NCBI GenBank assembly: GCA_964016885.1
Contig: OZ024743.1
Coordinates: forward strand, 216,504,001 to 216,568,000
Length of the DNA stretch: 64,000 bases
Origin: Eledone cirrhosa
Lineage: Eukaryota
Direction of reading: 5' to 3'
In this document: piece after piece, positions 42,422 through 62,805 of the stretch
Numbering within the stretch: the stretch's first letter is position 1
Layout of the letters: the number at the start of each line of letters is the position of its first letter
Translations under genes and position numbers: made by a program
Notes under the pieces: model-generated
Seen by the model: only the letters and a program-made list of their open reading frames with translations
Told to the model about the DNA's origin: nothing
Databases searched by the model: none

Positions 42422-42526
42422 ATATACCTCACTTTCTAATATATATATATATATACAATATATATATATATATATACATATAGATATATATATATACCTC
42501 ACTTTCTAATATATATATATATATAT

Positions 42527-42652
<126 letters not shown>

Positions 42653-42668
42653 ATATATATATATATAT

Positions 42669-42714
<46 letters not shown>

Positions 42715-42729
42715 TATATATATATATGG

Positions 42730-46720
<3,991 letters not shown>

Positions 46721-46734
46721 ATATATATATATAT

Positions 46735-46790
<56 letters not shown>

Positions 46791-46804
46791 ATATATATAT
46801 ATAT

Positions 46805-46860
<56 letters not shown>

Positions 46861-46880
46861 ATATATATATATATATATTA

Positions 46881-47078
46881 GAAAGTGAGGTTTTTTTTAC
46901 AAAATGAAAAGTAACCGAGGTGTCCTACACGAGTGACAAAAACCACAGTCCCTCCATCTCAATTCACCTTTTGAAAAGCAGAAGAACTGCGAAACCGGTA
47001 AAGGAACCAAATAAATATATATATTTTTAAAAAAAATAAGACTCCAGTTGCATTTTCGATTTCATATCTTTTTCTTTA
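46881..47078. mobile_element. Family J terminal repeat with internal inversion
   Basis: 46881-46936 has the same orientation as 41142-41197, and 46937-47078 is the reverse complement of 41203-41340. Confidence 0.75.
46967..47004 (+). ncRNA. Minimal hammerhead ribozyme (38 nt), U3:A8 core variant
   Basis: cctt TTGAAAA gcag-aagaa-ctgc GAAA ccgg TA aagg, with palindrome ACCGGT. Confidence 0.82.
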
Positions 47079-47097
47079 TATATATATATATATATGT

Positions 47098-47136
<39 letters not shown>

Positions 47137-47168
47137 TGTATATATATATATTGTATATATATATATTG

Positions 47169-47240
<72 letters not shown>

Positions 47241-47345
47241 ATATATATATATATTGTATATATATATATATTGTGTATATATATATATATATATTGTGTA
47301 TATATATATTGTACATACATATATATATATATATATTGTATATAA

Positions 47346-47385
<40 letters not shown>

Positions 47386-47744
47386 ATATATATATATATA
47401 TTGTATATATATATATATATTGTATATATATATATACATTGTATATAAATATTTTATATATATATATATATTGTATATATATATATTGTATATATATATA
47501 TATTGTATATAAATATTTTATATATATATATATATTGTATATATATATATTGTATATATATATATATTGTATATAAATATTTTATATATATATATATATA
47601 TATATTGTATATATATATATATTGTATATATATATATATATTGTATATATATATTTTATTTATATATATATACATATTGTATATATATATATATTGTATA
47701 TATATATATATATTGTATATATATATATATTGTGTATATACATG

Positions 47745-48054
47745 TAAAGTTATATTTAAAATTGTTGGGTTACAACTAGTAAATATTTATAACTGATATA
47801 AAAGCACTCGACAAATATTTGGAGTATATTTACAATTTTTGGTTTCACACATTATGGATACTTGTTTCATTCAGGAATACTGATATTTACAATATAGTGT
47901 AAGTTTTATAAATACTAATACATTAAAACATAGGGTTTTATACGCCTCGAATATGTCTGGCTATTTTTAAATTTTTTTCTCTCGCTATTTTTTTTCCTCT
48001 CTCTATATTTTTTTTCTCTATATATATATATCTCCCTTACATTAATACTTGAGC

Positions 48055-48085
<31 letters not shown>

Positions 48086-48540
48086 ATGTATCATTGATAC
48101 ACTTACTCAAAATGACCACCCACTACCTAATTTTCTATATATATATATATGTATCTATCTCTATTTCCTCTCTCTCTCTATATATATATATATCTTTCTG
48201 TTTCTTTACATGACGCTCTTCGCTTTATCTATTTTTCCATCTCTCTATTTTGTTCCATGCATTTCTTCTTTTTCTTTTTCTTCTTTTTCTTCCTTTTCTT
48301 CGTTTTGTCTTTCTTTCTTTTTTCTCTCTTTCTTTCTCTCTGTATAAAATGTTCACTGCTAGCGTAAACCTCTTCAAATGAAGTCGATGTTTATTACGGG
48401 AATCTATTTATCTATAAAACTGTTTATATTGTATTTTGTCTGATGAAGGCATAGCATATTGTTAATATGATATCCCCGAAATATATATAATGAAATAGAT
48501 ATGGTTTTATAAATATAGTTTTCCATTTATTTAATATTGT
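47745..48540 (+). mobile_element. Family C 3' UTR and terminal repeat with short inverted 5' piece
   Basis: 47836-48538 is a reverse-complement homologue of 42820-43490. 47745-47835 matches 42730-42820 directly. Confidence 0.8.
48432..48497 (+). ncRNA. Hammerhead ribozyme (family C)
   Basis: tattttgt CTGATGA agg...ccc GAAA tatata TA atgaaata, with an 8-bp stem I. Confidence 0.82.
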
Positions 48541-48672
48541 ATTGTATATATATATATATATTGTATATATATATTTTTACATATATATATATATATATAT
48601 TGTATATATATATTGTATATATATATATATATATATATTGTATATATATATATTGTATATATATATATATAT

Positions 48673-48733
<61 letters not shown>

Positions 48734-48821
48734 TGTATATATATATATTGGATATATATACATATATATATATATATTGTATATATATAGAAATATATAT
48801 ATTGTATATATATATATATAT

Positions 48822-48873
<52 letters not shown>

Positions 48874-48895
48874 ATATATATATATATATATATTG

Positions 48896-49065
<170 letters not shown>

Positions 49066-49066
49066 A

Positions 49067-49996
<930 letters not shown>

Positions 49997-49997
49997 A

Positions 49998-50146
<149 letters not shown>

Positions 50147-50147
50147 G

Positions 50148-50207
<60 letters not shown>

Positions 50208-50209
<2 letters not shown>

Positions 50210-53200
50210 AGGATGAATATAAAATGAAAGTGCTTTTTTTAAAAAAGGAATCTATTAGGTATTGACATATGTTTCTGTAACAGACTGAATACCTATGTAT
50301 CGCTGCTTGCGTAATCATATAATGTTAGCAAGTATTCGATCGCAAATGTATAATCAGTTGTCACTTCTTCAGAGATTTTGGATAAATTGGATAAAATCAG
50401 AAAAATTGAAGTATTTATATTAGTAATAGAGGAACAAACAGAGGGGATAGTATATGACAGATGGTAAATTAATTTACTGCTAAACAAGTATATAATGGGT
50501 TTCTAATGAGAATACCATGAGTAAATCTAAATAAGAATTTTGGGGGTGCCAATTTTAATCTCTACTTGACCAACTGGACAGTGGACAGGGCTGGTTATTT
50601 GGTGCAGTAGTATTCATTATAAAGTGTCAATTGGGGAAGGGGGAGATTTCGATTGCTACTAAATAACATCAATGCTAGTAGCCAGCTGGTATATGCATTA
50701 GGGAATTGAATCAAGAAATCAGAAATCTCATTTTATCTATAGCAGTTTGTATTAAAAGGTAAATAATAGAAGAGTTGATAGAATTAAGACTAATAAAGAA
50801 TGTTAATATCAATTTTGACAATCAAACGGGGATAGAGACAGGCGTTCAATCCTGGTAGTATTTATAATATGAAAATGTAGATTTTAAGCGATGGTTACAG
50901 TATAACGATCGCTCTATTCTGTTATTTAATAAAATGTTTTTGGATTTCATAATACAAAATAATTCTACATTACATAATTTACAAAATTCCTGTCCATGGG
51001 AATATGGGGGGGGGGGGGGCAGGCACTATTATATCCCATTTTAGGTGAAATTGTTGGTTATTTTCACGCAGCTGCCAAGCCTTGTCTGCGAGTGTTGTTA
51101 CATAACGCTGGTTTTCATGTTTTATCGAGTAACGATGTCTATAAAGGCGTGATTTGAAGGAGGTGGCTGTAGATCCCACATAGTACCACTTCTGTCTATC
51201 CGATTCGATAGTACATTTGTATACGATGTTGCGTTCAAGACACTGATTGTTCAACGGACACATTCCTGGTTGGACACAGTTGCAATTATAATTTTGCGTT
51301 GTTGTATTGCCATGGATGGGTTGATGAGGTTGCTTATGTAGGACAGGATGTTGCTTGTTGTTTTGTGATGTTATAGCTAATGTTTTACGTGTATTGTTAT
51401 GTGTTGGAAGGCGTTTATACAACCGTTTTGCGTTAAGCTTTTTTATATGTTGTTCAATATTAGGGGCGGTTGAATATGAAAGTCGAATAGTGTTAGGGTT
51501 TAAGATTTTATTATATTTATGTGATGTTGGAAAGTGTTTTTTAATTAATCGAAAGAATTTGGAGGGTAGATTGGTTTTAATAGAGTTGTTATAGACCGGG
51601 TTGTACCAAATATACTCTTTACATCGCCTTCTGTTTGGTGGTGTGCGACTATTATTGTGTCTATTGCGGTAGTGTATGTATGGTGGTGATTATGTGATAT
51701 TTCTACTCCTATGGGATTTATTTTGGGTGTTTTGGTGATCTTTGACTATATACTCTATATTATCTAGGTGACCGGCTTTCCTAAGTGTATCATCATAATA
51801 TTCGGCATGTTCTTTGAAGGTTTGTTGGTTGGACGACAGGCGGGAGATTCTAAGAGAAACATTTCTAGGGATGGATTTAATTATAGAAAGTGGATGGTTA
51901 GAACTCGTATTTACATATTTAAGGTTCTCATTTAGTTTATGGAACGGTTTAATCGTATCTGTATTGAGATTCAAAGTAACATCAAGGAAATTTACCTCTT
52001 TGAGGTTATATTCAAATATAATATTTAATCCTAGTTCCTTAAAAAGATTTCTGATATTTTTACGCATCCTTTCTAAATTCTGGTTATTCATATTCTTAAC
52101 TAATAGGAGCGCATCGTCACGGTAGATTCCACCGTGGAGATCCTTGAATTTTCCTTGTAATCTGTGGGTGATATAAATTCCCACAAGGTCTGTTACTTCC
52201 GCCGAATCATTAGAACCCATAGTGATATCAAAATTAGAACGTCTATCTTTGCGAACCCAGTAGCTATCATCGAATTTAACTATAGTTTTCTTCGCTTCCA
52301 TAATAATTTTAATTTCAGCATCCGTAAGGTCGGAATTATCCTTAGCGAACGAAAGAGCTTCATGTAGAGTGAAATTGAGGAATAATATTCATCAGGTGAA
52401 ATTGAGGAATAATATTCATCAATATCAAACTGAATAAATTTTGATTTTTCCTTATCAGTAATGTTATTAAACCATCTTATTGCTTCATGAGTGTTACCCC
52501 ATAGTTTAATCTCTACTTTAACCTTAACTTGGGGGATAATTCTGTCTAGTATATATTTGCTAATTTTGCCTATATCAGATTTAGAGGGGCATATAAGTCT
52601 AATATTATGGTTAGTATCGAAGTTTACCTTGTGGTCCTTCAGGTTGAAGGATGGTATAGCTGGTGTTAAGGGTTGCGTTCTATCGTCAATACAAAGTTTT
52701 TTAACAATATCACATGCCGAGTTGTTGATGTTTTTAAGTGTAGCTTCATTAATTTTCCTGTATTTTTTATGCAATTCCTTACGGATGAAGTTATTGTAAG
52801 TGTCCACATCCATGGTATATACGTTTGATGTTTTGTCTGCTCTAACAATAATTCCATTGGCGTTTTTTAGATTATTGAGCAGTGCCGTGATGTCATTCTG
52901 TAGTTTATTGTTCTTCCGTTTTGTAAATTTGATCTCCATGATCATATCCATTAGGTCTTGTTCAAATGCATCCAAAAGTGGGTTTGAGGGTGGGTTCTTG
53001 TAAGATTTAAATCCAAATTTATCCTTGTTAAGATCCGATGTTTGGTTTATACGGCTTTTGTCAAAATGGAATGTTTTCCATCTGATTCGTCGAATAAAAT
53101 CATTGGTCCTTCGTATCATACCTAGAATATATTCCCTTTTTGCCTGAATAGGTATGTTTTTTAACGACATATCCAATTGGTGCCTTTCCATTTTAGAGGC

Positions 53201-53210
53201 GTATGCTGAA
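50208..53210 (-). mobile_element. Near-full-length Penelope-like element (frameshifted)
   Basis: ORFs 52280-53191 (SLKNIP, RADKT, KDHK, RLICP, FDIDEYY), 51690-52301 (MGSNDSAE, YRDD, NFLDV), IWYNP, and 50979-51422 (CNC..CPL, VY..YVG). (TA)n on both sides. Confidence 0.93.
50249..50377 (-). ncRNA. Hammerhead ribozyme with long stem II
   Basis: aatct CTGAAGA a-gtgaca-actga...tcagt-c-tgttac-a GAAA catatg TC. Stem I partner agatt is displaced by 10 nt. Confidence 0.65.
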
Positions 53211-53329
53211 TTATATATATATTGTATATATATATATATATATATTGTATATATATGTATATATATTGTATATATATATATATATATATTGTATATATAT
53301 ATATATATATATTGTATATATATATATAT

Positions 53330-53364
<35 letters not shown>

Positions 53365-53387
53365 TATATATATATATATATATATAT

Positions 53388-53479
<92 letters not shown>

Positions 53480-53592
53480 TGTATATGTATATATATATAT
53501 ATTGTATATATATATATATATATATATTGTATATATATATATATATATATTGTATATATATATATATATTGTATATATATATATATATATAT

Positions 53593-53633
<41 letters not shown>

Positions 53634-53705
53634 TGTATATATATATTGTATATATATATATATATATAATATATAAGAACAAAAGATGGTTAAAAGAGTT
53701 CCATG

Positions 53706-53776
53706 TATTTTATTATGCGCATTTCAAAAACAAATATCATCATGCAATAATATTTGTGTTTTCATCAGATAAAACA
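53706..53776 (-). ncRNA. Hammerhead ribozyme, canonical core
   Basis: tgttttat CTGATGA aaac-acaaatattat...gatgatatttgt-tttt GAAA tgcgca TA ataaaata, with palindrome ATGCGCAT. Confidence 0.88.
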
Positions 53777-54130
53777 GGAAGACATGATATGAAATTAAAA
53801 AAACACTTGTGGATAGTGCAGTTTTAAATCAACATATGAAAAGTAGTTTTAGATTGATGTGTGATATTTGGAAAAAAAAAATTATTTTGAGGGGGGGGGG
53901 TGAAAAAGAGGGGGAGATGAGAGTAAAAAGTGGAGAGGGAAGAGTATAATGAGGAAGGATGAGATTGGAGGAGAGATGGGTGATAGAGAGAGAGAGATAG
54001 CTTTTATAACTGAGAAAGGTATATTGTTTGACATAGAGAGGTTGAAATCCGTTGGAAGATAATGTATAAATTAAAAGAATTTGAAAATTAACGAAGAGAA
54101 AAATAATGTAAAGTTAAGGTTTGTATATTG

Positions 54131-54298
54131 AGGGGTTTAATAATATGTGCGATGAAAAGAAAATGTTAATATGTATTAAGAATAATATTTAAGGGTTTAA
54201 TAACATGTGCGATGGAAAAGAAAAATTTAATATGTATTAAGAATGATATTAAGGGTTTAATAATATGTGCGATGGAAAGAAAATGTTGATATGTATTA
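54131..54298. repeat. About 60-bp tandem repeat, 3 copies
   Basis: gggtttaataa.atgtgcgatg.aaagaaaa..taatatgtattaag repeated three times. Confidence 0.85.
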
Positions 54299-55356
54299 TT
54301 AAAAAGAATAATAGGTAATTTAAGTAAGGATATATTGTGAGATGAGCATGAATGAGTTAGATGAAAGGGAGAAAAAATTATGAATTGAGGATGAATAATC
54401 TAACGTCAAAAAAATGTTTGTTTACGAAGGATTTTTACAAGGTGATATAGAGTAAGAATGTATTGTATTATGTAATAATTGATTCTATGTTAGGCAACAG
54501 TGAGAAAAGGTACAGATTAGGGGCTAGACATTAAAAGAAAAAGAGAAGAAAGGGAAGTGATAAATAGGAGCGATATAGAATGATTAACAAGTATTACTGA
54601 ATGTATAATAACCTTTGAAATGAGGTAGAAAGATGGGTATGTTTTTAAAGAAGTGTATATATATATATGTACCTTTGAGAAAAAGATTCTAAATTGATAA
54701 AGAATATTAGCTGTATACTTTGTGGAATGTTTTGTGGAATGTATGCAAGCATATAGAAAACAAGTCAGTGCGTCTATTTATTATAGAATCTAAATTAGAT
54801 ATAATGGTAAATTTTTCATTTAGACAGACATTCCAAATTTTGGATAGAGAACTGTTCATGTATGGATATAATAAGTGCACTTATTATAGATAAAACGCAT
54901 CCACCAATCAATAATAGACTAGAGCTCAACACCCAATTTATAACCTGATAGGGCCCCTAGCCCCATATTTACACACCCCACACACGTGCACGCGCACACA
55001 CACACACGCTTACACCTCCACTTATTCTCTCTCACACATACACACACAAAACCAGTTCTAACACCAGATAACACCTACCCCCCACTTTTACAATTAGACC
55101 TATCTTCCCACACTCACAGACACACACTCACATACCTACACCTTCATGCATTCTCCCACACACATATACAGGCACGTATATAAAATTTAAAAAAAAAAAA
55201 AAAAAAAACCTAAACAAACCCCTCTTAAAGGGAGACTACTCTTTATCCACCTAATTTTAATTCTTTGATATTAGAGTTAGAACAGATACTCTATACTATT
55301 TCCGGTCAGCATGGCTTGGCTAGAGATTTAAGACGCTGGTTTGAGACCTTTACTTC

Positions 55357-55391
55357 CCTCCGAAGAAGAGATATTATCTCGAAAATTAAGG
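55357..55391 (+). ncRNA. Candidate minimal hammerhead, U4C core
   Basis: cct CCGAAGA a gagat-att-atctc GAAA at TA agg. Stem I is only 3 bp. Confidence 0.5.
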
Positions 55392-56003
55392 ACTTTTAAA
55401 TAAATTCAAGGTGAAAGACGAATTCTCATCAATATCTTTTACTGTTGCATTCTTTTTTCTATGTCCATACCTGCATTGTTTTGGCCTTATTACACATATT
55501 CGAACGTTTATACCTCATTACACAATGCTTCAAGTGAACTATAACCTCCTCCATATATATATATATATATATATAAATAATTATCCGTCGAAACGACTGG
55601 AGCTCAGCCGTCGGGGTCTTACTTGTTCCTATATATATATATAGTATATATATATTTTGTATATAAATATATATTGTATATATATATATTGTATATATAT
55701 ATATACATATATATATTTATTAAAATAACAGATTAAAGTTTAAGCAAAGAATCGCTCTAAGGTTCTTATATATTTATCCTTATCGAGCCCTCTTTGGATT
55801 TTAGTCTTCAAATTTATTATTATTACTATATATATATATAGATATATATATTGTATATAAATATATTATATATATATATATATAATGTATATAAATATAT
55901 TGTATATATATATATATATATATATTGTATATATATATATTGTATATATATATATATATATATTGTGTATATATATATATATATATATATTGTATATATA
56001 TAT

Positions 56004-56041
<38 letters not shown>

Positions 56042-56185
56042 ATATATATACAATATATATATATATATATATATACACAATATATATATATATATATATA
56101 CAATATATATATATACAATATATATATATATATATATATATTGTATATATATATATATATATTGTATATATATATATATATATAT

Positions 56186-56223
<38 letters not shown>

Positions 56224-56368
56224 TTGTATATATATATAGATTGTATATATATATCTAGATATATTGTATATTGTATATATATATATATAGATTGTATATA
56301 TATATCTAGATATATTGTATATTATATATATATATATATATTGTATATATATATATATATATATATTG

Positions 56369-56402
<34 letters not shown>

Positions 56403-56416
56403 ATATATATATATAT

Positions 56417-56456
<40 letters not shown>

Positions 56457-56495
56457 ATATTATATATATATATATATATATATACATATATATTG

Positions 56496-56529
<34 letters not shown>

Positions 56530-56568
56530 ATATATATATATATATTGTATATATATATATATATATAT

Positions 56569-56653
<85 letters not shown>

Positions 56654-56731
56654 ATATATATATATATATATATATATTGTATACATATATATATATATAT
56701 ATTGTATATATATATATATATATATATATTG

Positions 56732-56789
<58 letters not shown>

Positions 56790-56805
56790 ATATATATATA
56801 TATTG

Positions 56806-56844
<39 letters not shown>

Positions 56845-56876
56845 TGTATATATATATACATATATATATAGAGATG

Positions 56877-56908
<32 letters not shown>

Positions 56909-56934
56909 GATGTATATATATATATATAGAGATG

Positions 56935-56970
<36 letters not shown>

Positions 56971-57036
56971 GATGTATATATATATATATGTAGATGTATA
57001 TATATATATATATGTAGATGTATATATATATATATA

Positions 57037-57121
<85 letters not shown>

Positions 57122-57264
57122 ATATATATATATTGTATATATATATACAATATATATATATATATATATATTGTGTATATATATATTGTATATATATATA
57201 TATATATATATATTGTATATATATATATTGTATATATATATTGTATATATATATATTGTATATA

Positions 57265-57318
<54 letters not shown>

Positions 57319-57395
57319 ATATATATATTGGATATATATATATTGTATATATATATACATAGATATATATTGTATATATATATATATATATATAT

Positions 57396-57455
<60 letters not shown>

Positions 57456-57508
57456 ATATATATATATATATATATATTGTATATATATATATATATATAT
57501 ATATACAT

Positions 57509-57680
57509 TTGAAAATTGCAAACTTGACTGTCACCACATATTATGAACCTGAAGATTGCGAAAGCCTGAAAGTACTTGTTCAATTAACACTTAGAATTTA
57601 ACATTCTATCATACTATTTCATTATAATACCATTATAAATAAAACGAGTAAATCAGACAAAGTTGGAATTCCCCTTATTA
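57509..57680 (+). mobile_element. Short ribozyme-bearing unit (family I) with ribozyme at 57544-57582
   Basis: tgaac CTGAAGA ttgcgaaagcct GAAA gtac TT gttca. Confidence 0.8.
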
Positions 57681-57727
57681 ATATATATATGTATATATAT
57701 ATATATACAATATATATATATATATAT

Positions 57728-57811
<84 letters not shown>

Positions 57812-57825
57812 ATATATATATATAT

Positions 57826-57909
<84 letters not shown>

Positions 57910-57963
57910 TGTATATATATATATATATATATATTTATATTGTATATATATTTATATATATAT

Positions 57964-58003
<40 letters not shown>

Positions 58004-58183
58004 ATATATATATATATATATTGTATATATATATATATATATATTGTATATATATATATATATATATATATTTTGTATATATATATATATATAGTATATA
58101 TATATATATTGTATATATATATATATAGTATATATATATATTGTATATATATATTGTACATACATTTATATATATATATATTT

Positions 58184-58221
<38 letters not shown>

Positions 58222-58257
58222 TAGTATATATATATATTGTAAATATATATTGTATAT

Positions 58258-61200
58258 ATTCTCTTTTACTCTTTTACCTGTTTCAGCCATCCGGCTGAGG
58301 CCATGCTGGGGCACCGCCCTTGTTGCTACACATTTTATCTCCAGCCTGTATAATTTGGCCACTGGTGTAAGAGGGAGTCTGTTGCTGCTGCCCTTAGATT
58401 TCCCTCGTCTCTTGCTGTGGGCTCATATGGGATCCTGGATAACAACGTGTCGAGATGTTTCTTAAAGTCATCCACCTCCACGTCATGCAAGTCTCTCAGA
58501 TGCCTCGGCAGCCTGTTGAAGAGTTGAGGGCCCTTGAATCCCAGGCTATTGCAATACCTGCTCCTTATTCTAGATGTGGAAGAGGGGACCTTTGGCACTA
58601 CACGGTGACGTCCGATTCGACGGTTGGTCCAGCTCCCAATGCCAAAGTTTGGTGCTAGTCCCTCCAGGATTTTCCACATGTAGATCACTGCGTATCTCTC
58701 CCGTCTTCGCTCCAAGGAGTAGAGGTTCAGTTCCTTTAGCCTCTCCCACTAGCTTGTCTCCCCCATCTTGGCAATCCTCTTGGTGTAGCTTCGCTGGATT
58801 GCCTCAAGCTCCGTGGTTATTTTGAAACTATGGGGTGACCACAACTGGGAGCAGTAGTTCAGGCGGATTAGGACAAACGTCCTCCACAGTGTCAACATGG
58901 TGTCTCGATCACTTGTCCGGAAAGTCCTCAAGATCCAGCCAGCGAGTCGTCTGCACGATGTCGCCACTTTTATGATGTGTGAAGAAAAAGATGCATCATC
59001 GCATGTCTATGCCCGGGTCTCGTATCGATTTTGACACGGGGATATCGGTCCCTCCTGGTCCTGTGTAGCTGTGTTCCACTATATTTGTGTTTGCAGTTTT
59101 GTATTGTAGGGCTTGGAATTTGCCAGCATTAAACTGCATGTTGTTTTCTTCCGCCCATCTGTATATGGCATCCAGATCCTGCTGTAAAAGGGCAGCGTCA
59201 GCCGGGTTTTTGATTGCCTGTGCTACCTTAGTGTCATCAGCATAGCTAGTGAGGGATGTTGTTGTATGTACTACAGAGGGCATGTCTGAGAGAGCCACCA
59301 AAAACAGTAGTGGTCCCAGGACTGTCCCCTGGGGCACCCCACTTGTTATTGGTGTTTCCTTTGAGAGGGCCCCATTTGCTGCGACTGCCTGGCTACTGTC
59401 CGTTAGGAAGCCATGCAGCCACTCACCTACTTTTCCAGTTATGCCGAGTCCGTGTAGTTTGTGACATATCATTCCATGGTCGACCTTGTCAAAGGCCTTC
59501 GCAAAATCAAGATATATCACGTCAACATGTGAGCTGTCTAGTAGTTGTCTCAGTACCCAGTCGTAGTGATGTAGCAGCTGTGTAAGGCAGCTTCTTCCTG
59601 GGCGGAAGCCAGGTTGCGTGCTAGTCACGCGGTCATTTTCTTCGAGGAAAGTGATTAGTTTCTTTCTGACGACTCGCTCCATGACCTTACTGATATGCGA
59701 CGTCAGGGAGACTGGTCTATAGTTCTTGGCCTCCGCTCTACTACCTCCTTTATGGATAGGGCATATTGTGCCTTCTTTCAGCTCGCTGGGTAGTACACCG
59801 CTAGCCAAGGAGCTTCTGAAGAGCATCTTCAGTGGAGTTGCTAAGGCCCGCTTACATATTTTTAAGAGAACTGCTGGGAATCCATCAGGTGCAGCAGCCG
59901 AGTCTGTTCTAATTTCATCAATGGCGTACACCACATCCTCCTCCGTTATGTCTATGTGGTTGATGGTTGCCATTTCTTGATGTAGTGTTGTGGCTTCAAA
60001 GAACTCCTCTGGCTTCGTTATTTACATGTGCCTCAGTGGACATGTGAAGACACTTTTGTACTGTTCGTTCAGTATTTCACATATCTCTTGGGGGTTTTCG
60101 GTTAATGAACCGTCCGTGTGGAAGAGTGGCCCAATCTTGCAGTGTACTGAGGCAGTTTCTTTTACAAATTTAAAGAAGGCCTTAGGGTTTGTTTTAATGT
60201 TTTCTATGGCCCTGGTCTCTTTCTTTGTCCTCTCATTCTCATGTGAAAGTTTGAGTGCAATCTCGGTGTCAAGTAGTGCACGTTTCAAATAGGATTCCTT
60301 CTTGTTTTTGTTTTGTTGACTATTCAACTGGTTTGAGAGTTTAGTTCTACGTCTCATAAGTATTTTCCTATCTCTGGGAATAAGATTTTTGTGTCTGTTT
60401 GCCTCTTTCTCCGGGACACACTTTTTGCATATGGTGTGTATCGTTTTCATGAAGTGTTCAAATTGTGTGTTAGTGTCTTTTGTGGCGGTGTCTTCACTCC
60501 ATGTTTGCTTCCGGATTTCACTCTTAATCTTTTTCCAGTTATCCTTGTAGAAGTTAAGGCTGGATAGCGTCCCGGAGCTTCTTGGTGGTTTTGTCTCTGT
60601 TGGTTCTCTTGGATCACATATCATTAGCTCTACTACGTTATGATCCGAGAGAATTGTTGGTGTCACCTTTACATTGTGGATGAGCACTTCGTTGTTTGTA
60701 AAACAGATGTCCAGGAGATGTTGGCCTCTTGTTGGGATGAGTATTGCTTGCTCCATGAACAGCCTGTGTGTGAGGGCCAGCAGGGATTCCGTCTGTCTCT
60801 GTTCTATTGACGTCATTCCAGGGAGGAGGTGGCCCTCAGGCCATTTGACCTTTGGTAGTTTGAAGTCTCCCAGGATGTTGAGACCCTGGTCCAGTTTGTC
60901 AAGGACCTCTTCTATCCTACTTAGGCTATCATCAAATTTACCCTCATGACTGGGGGCATCGGGCGGCCGATATGTGACACATATTACTGTCTGTAGTTGC
61001 TTCATATGTTTTATCAGTGTGTCACAGACTGAGTTTGAATGTGTCAACAGTACAATTGGTGTGACATCTTCACGGATATACAGAGCAACCCCACCATGAG
61101 TTCTCTCCTTCCTGTCCGAACGAAATACAGTATATTTCGGTATATGTATTTCTGCATCTGCTATTCTGCTTGTCAGGTGCGTTACGGTTAGTGCCATACA
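58258..61200 (-). mobile_element. CR1/L2-group LINE ORF2 (APE endonuclease plus RT), disrupted
   Basis: EN motifs RSDR..GGVALY, YRPP, GDF.LP, LD..FTN, SDHN. RT motifs YLDFAKAFDKVDH, SGVPQGTVLGPLLF, YADD. Then LERRRERY and a 3' stem-loop with a (gtaaaaga)n tail. Confidence 0.92.
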
Positions 61201-61513
61201 TAGTGCTTCATTGTTTAAAACGGTAATATATGTAAAATATACTTCAAAATAATTGCGTCAAAGCACAAAAACTTATCTTTTTTGTATGATTTCCTTGTCC
61301 TCTGAAAATTTAAAGCCATACATAAATCCGATTTACTGTCGATTTAAGATATTAACATTTCAAATCTGGAGATACGAAAACCACGTCTTATCCCAATAAG
61401 TTACCAAGCCTATATATATTGTATATATATATATATTGTATATATATATTGTATATATATATATATTGTATATATATTTATATATTGTATATATATTGTA
61501 TATATATATATTG

Positions 61514-61546
<33 letters not shown>

Positions 61547-61720
61547 TTATATATATATATATATATATATATTGTATATATATATTGTATATATACATAT
61601 ATATATATATTGTATATATATATATATATTGTATATATATATATATATTGTATATATACATATATATTGTATATATATATATATTGTATATATACATATA
61701 TATATTGTATATATATATAT

Positions 61721-61764
<44 letters not shown>

Positions 61765-61826
61765 ATATATATATATATGTATATATATATGTATATATAT
61801 ATTGTATACATATATATATATATTGT

Positions 61827-61863
<37 letters not shown>

Positions 61864-61882
61864 ATATATATATATATTTTGT

Positions 61883-61940
<58 letters not shown>

Positions 61941-62094
61941 TGTATATATATATTGTATATATATTTATATATATATTTATATATTGTATATATATATATA
62001 TATATATTGTATAAATATATTGTATATATATATATATTTTGTATATATATATATATTTTGTATATATATATATATATATATTGTATATAAATAT

Positions 62095-62138
<44 letters not shown>

Positions 62139-62160
62139 GTATATATATATATATATTTAT

Positions 62161-62198
<38 letters not shown>

Positions 62199-62299
62199 GT
62201 GTATATATATAAGAACGATCGACTTTCGTCAAATCGGACCGAGGGAACAATGTTTCCGTTGGTCTTTCCAATTGCTAATACTATCTATCGGTAGCAACT

Positions 62300-62405
62300 C
62301 CAGGTAGAAGGAGCAACGTGAAATAAAGTGTCTTGCTCAAGGAATCGAACTCACAACCTTACGATTGCGAATCCAATTCTCTAACCACTCAGCCACACGC
62401 CTTCA
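62300..62405 (-). mobile_element. tRNA-derived SINE head with CORE-like segment
   Basis: Minus strand ggcgtgtggctgagtggttaga...gagttcgattcc (A and B boxes) followed by ttgagcaagacactt. Confidence 0.75.
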
Positions 62406-62442
62406 TACAATATTTATATATATCTATCTATATATATATATA

Positions 62443-62805
62443 AATCAGGAAAGAAGGTTGACATGGTTTGCTTTCCAAAAAAGGTTTTTAATCTCATAGC
62501 TGACAATTGTTTCTCTGAACTGGTAGGTCTAGAGATCGCTATTCGCTTATTTTCGCGTTACTCGATCGCCAATACAAAATTATAACCAGTCAGATCTTCG
62601 GAGCATGCGAGAATGAAGAAAATACACAGGCAAGAAAAGAATATACAGGCTATAATATGAAGTAGTAATGGCATTCAATTAGAACAATAACAACAATTAC
62701 AACAATGCTATTAATAAATTATTTAAGGAGACCCTGACATTACTTAGGTGGGGGGTATAATGTATCTACCTAAGTGGACTGCATTTAACTATTATTTGTT
62801 ACCCC

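Larger units (their letters stand above)
53675..54885 (-). mobile_element. 3' fragment of another Penelope-like element
   Basis: Minus strand about 54730-54870 reads PYMNSSLSKIWNVCLNEKFTIISNLDSIINRRTDLFSICLH (GIY-YIG C-terminus), followed by UTR and a ribozyme. Confidence 0.8.

Noticed and set aside
54131-54298. CRISPR-like periodicity
   Set aside because: Whole units repeat with no unique spacers, the context is eukaryotic and there are no cas genes.
61330-61410. GAAA-tgttaata-TC half-ribozyme on the minus strand
   Set aside because: The 5' core is missing and there is no second copy to test it against.
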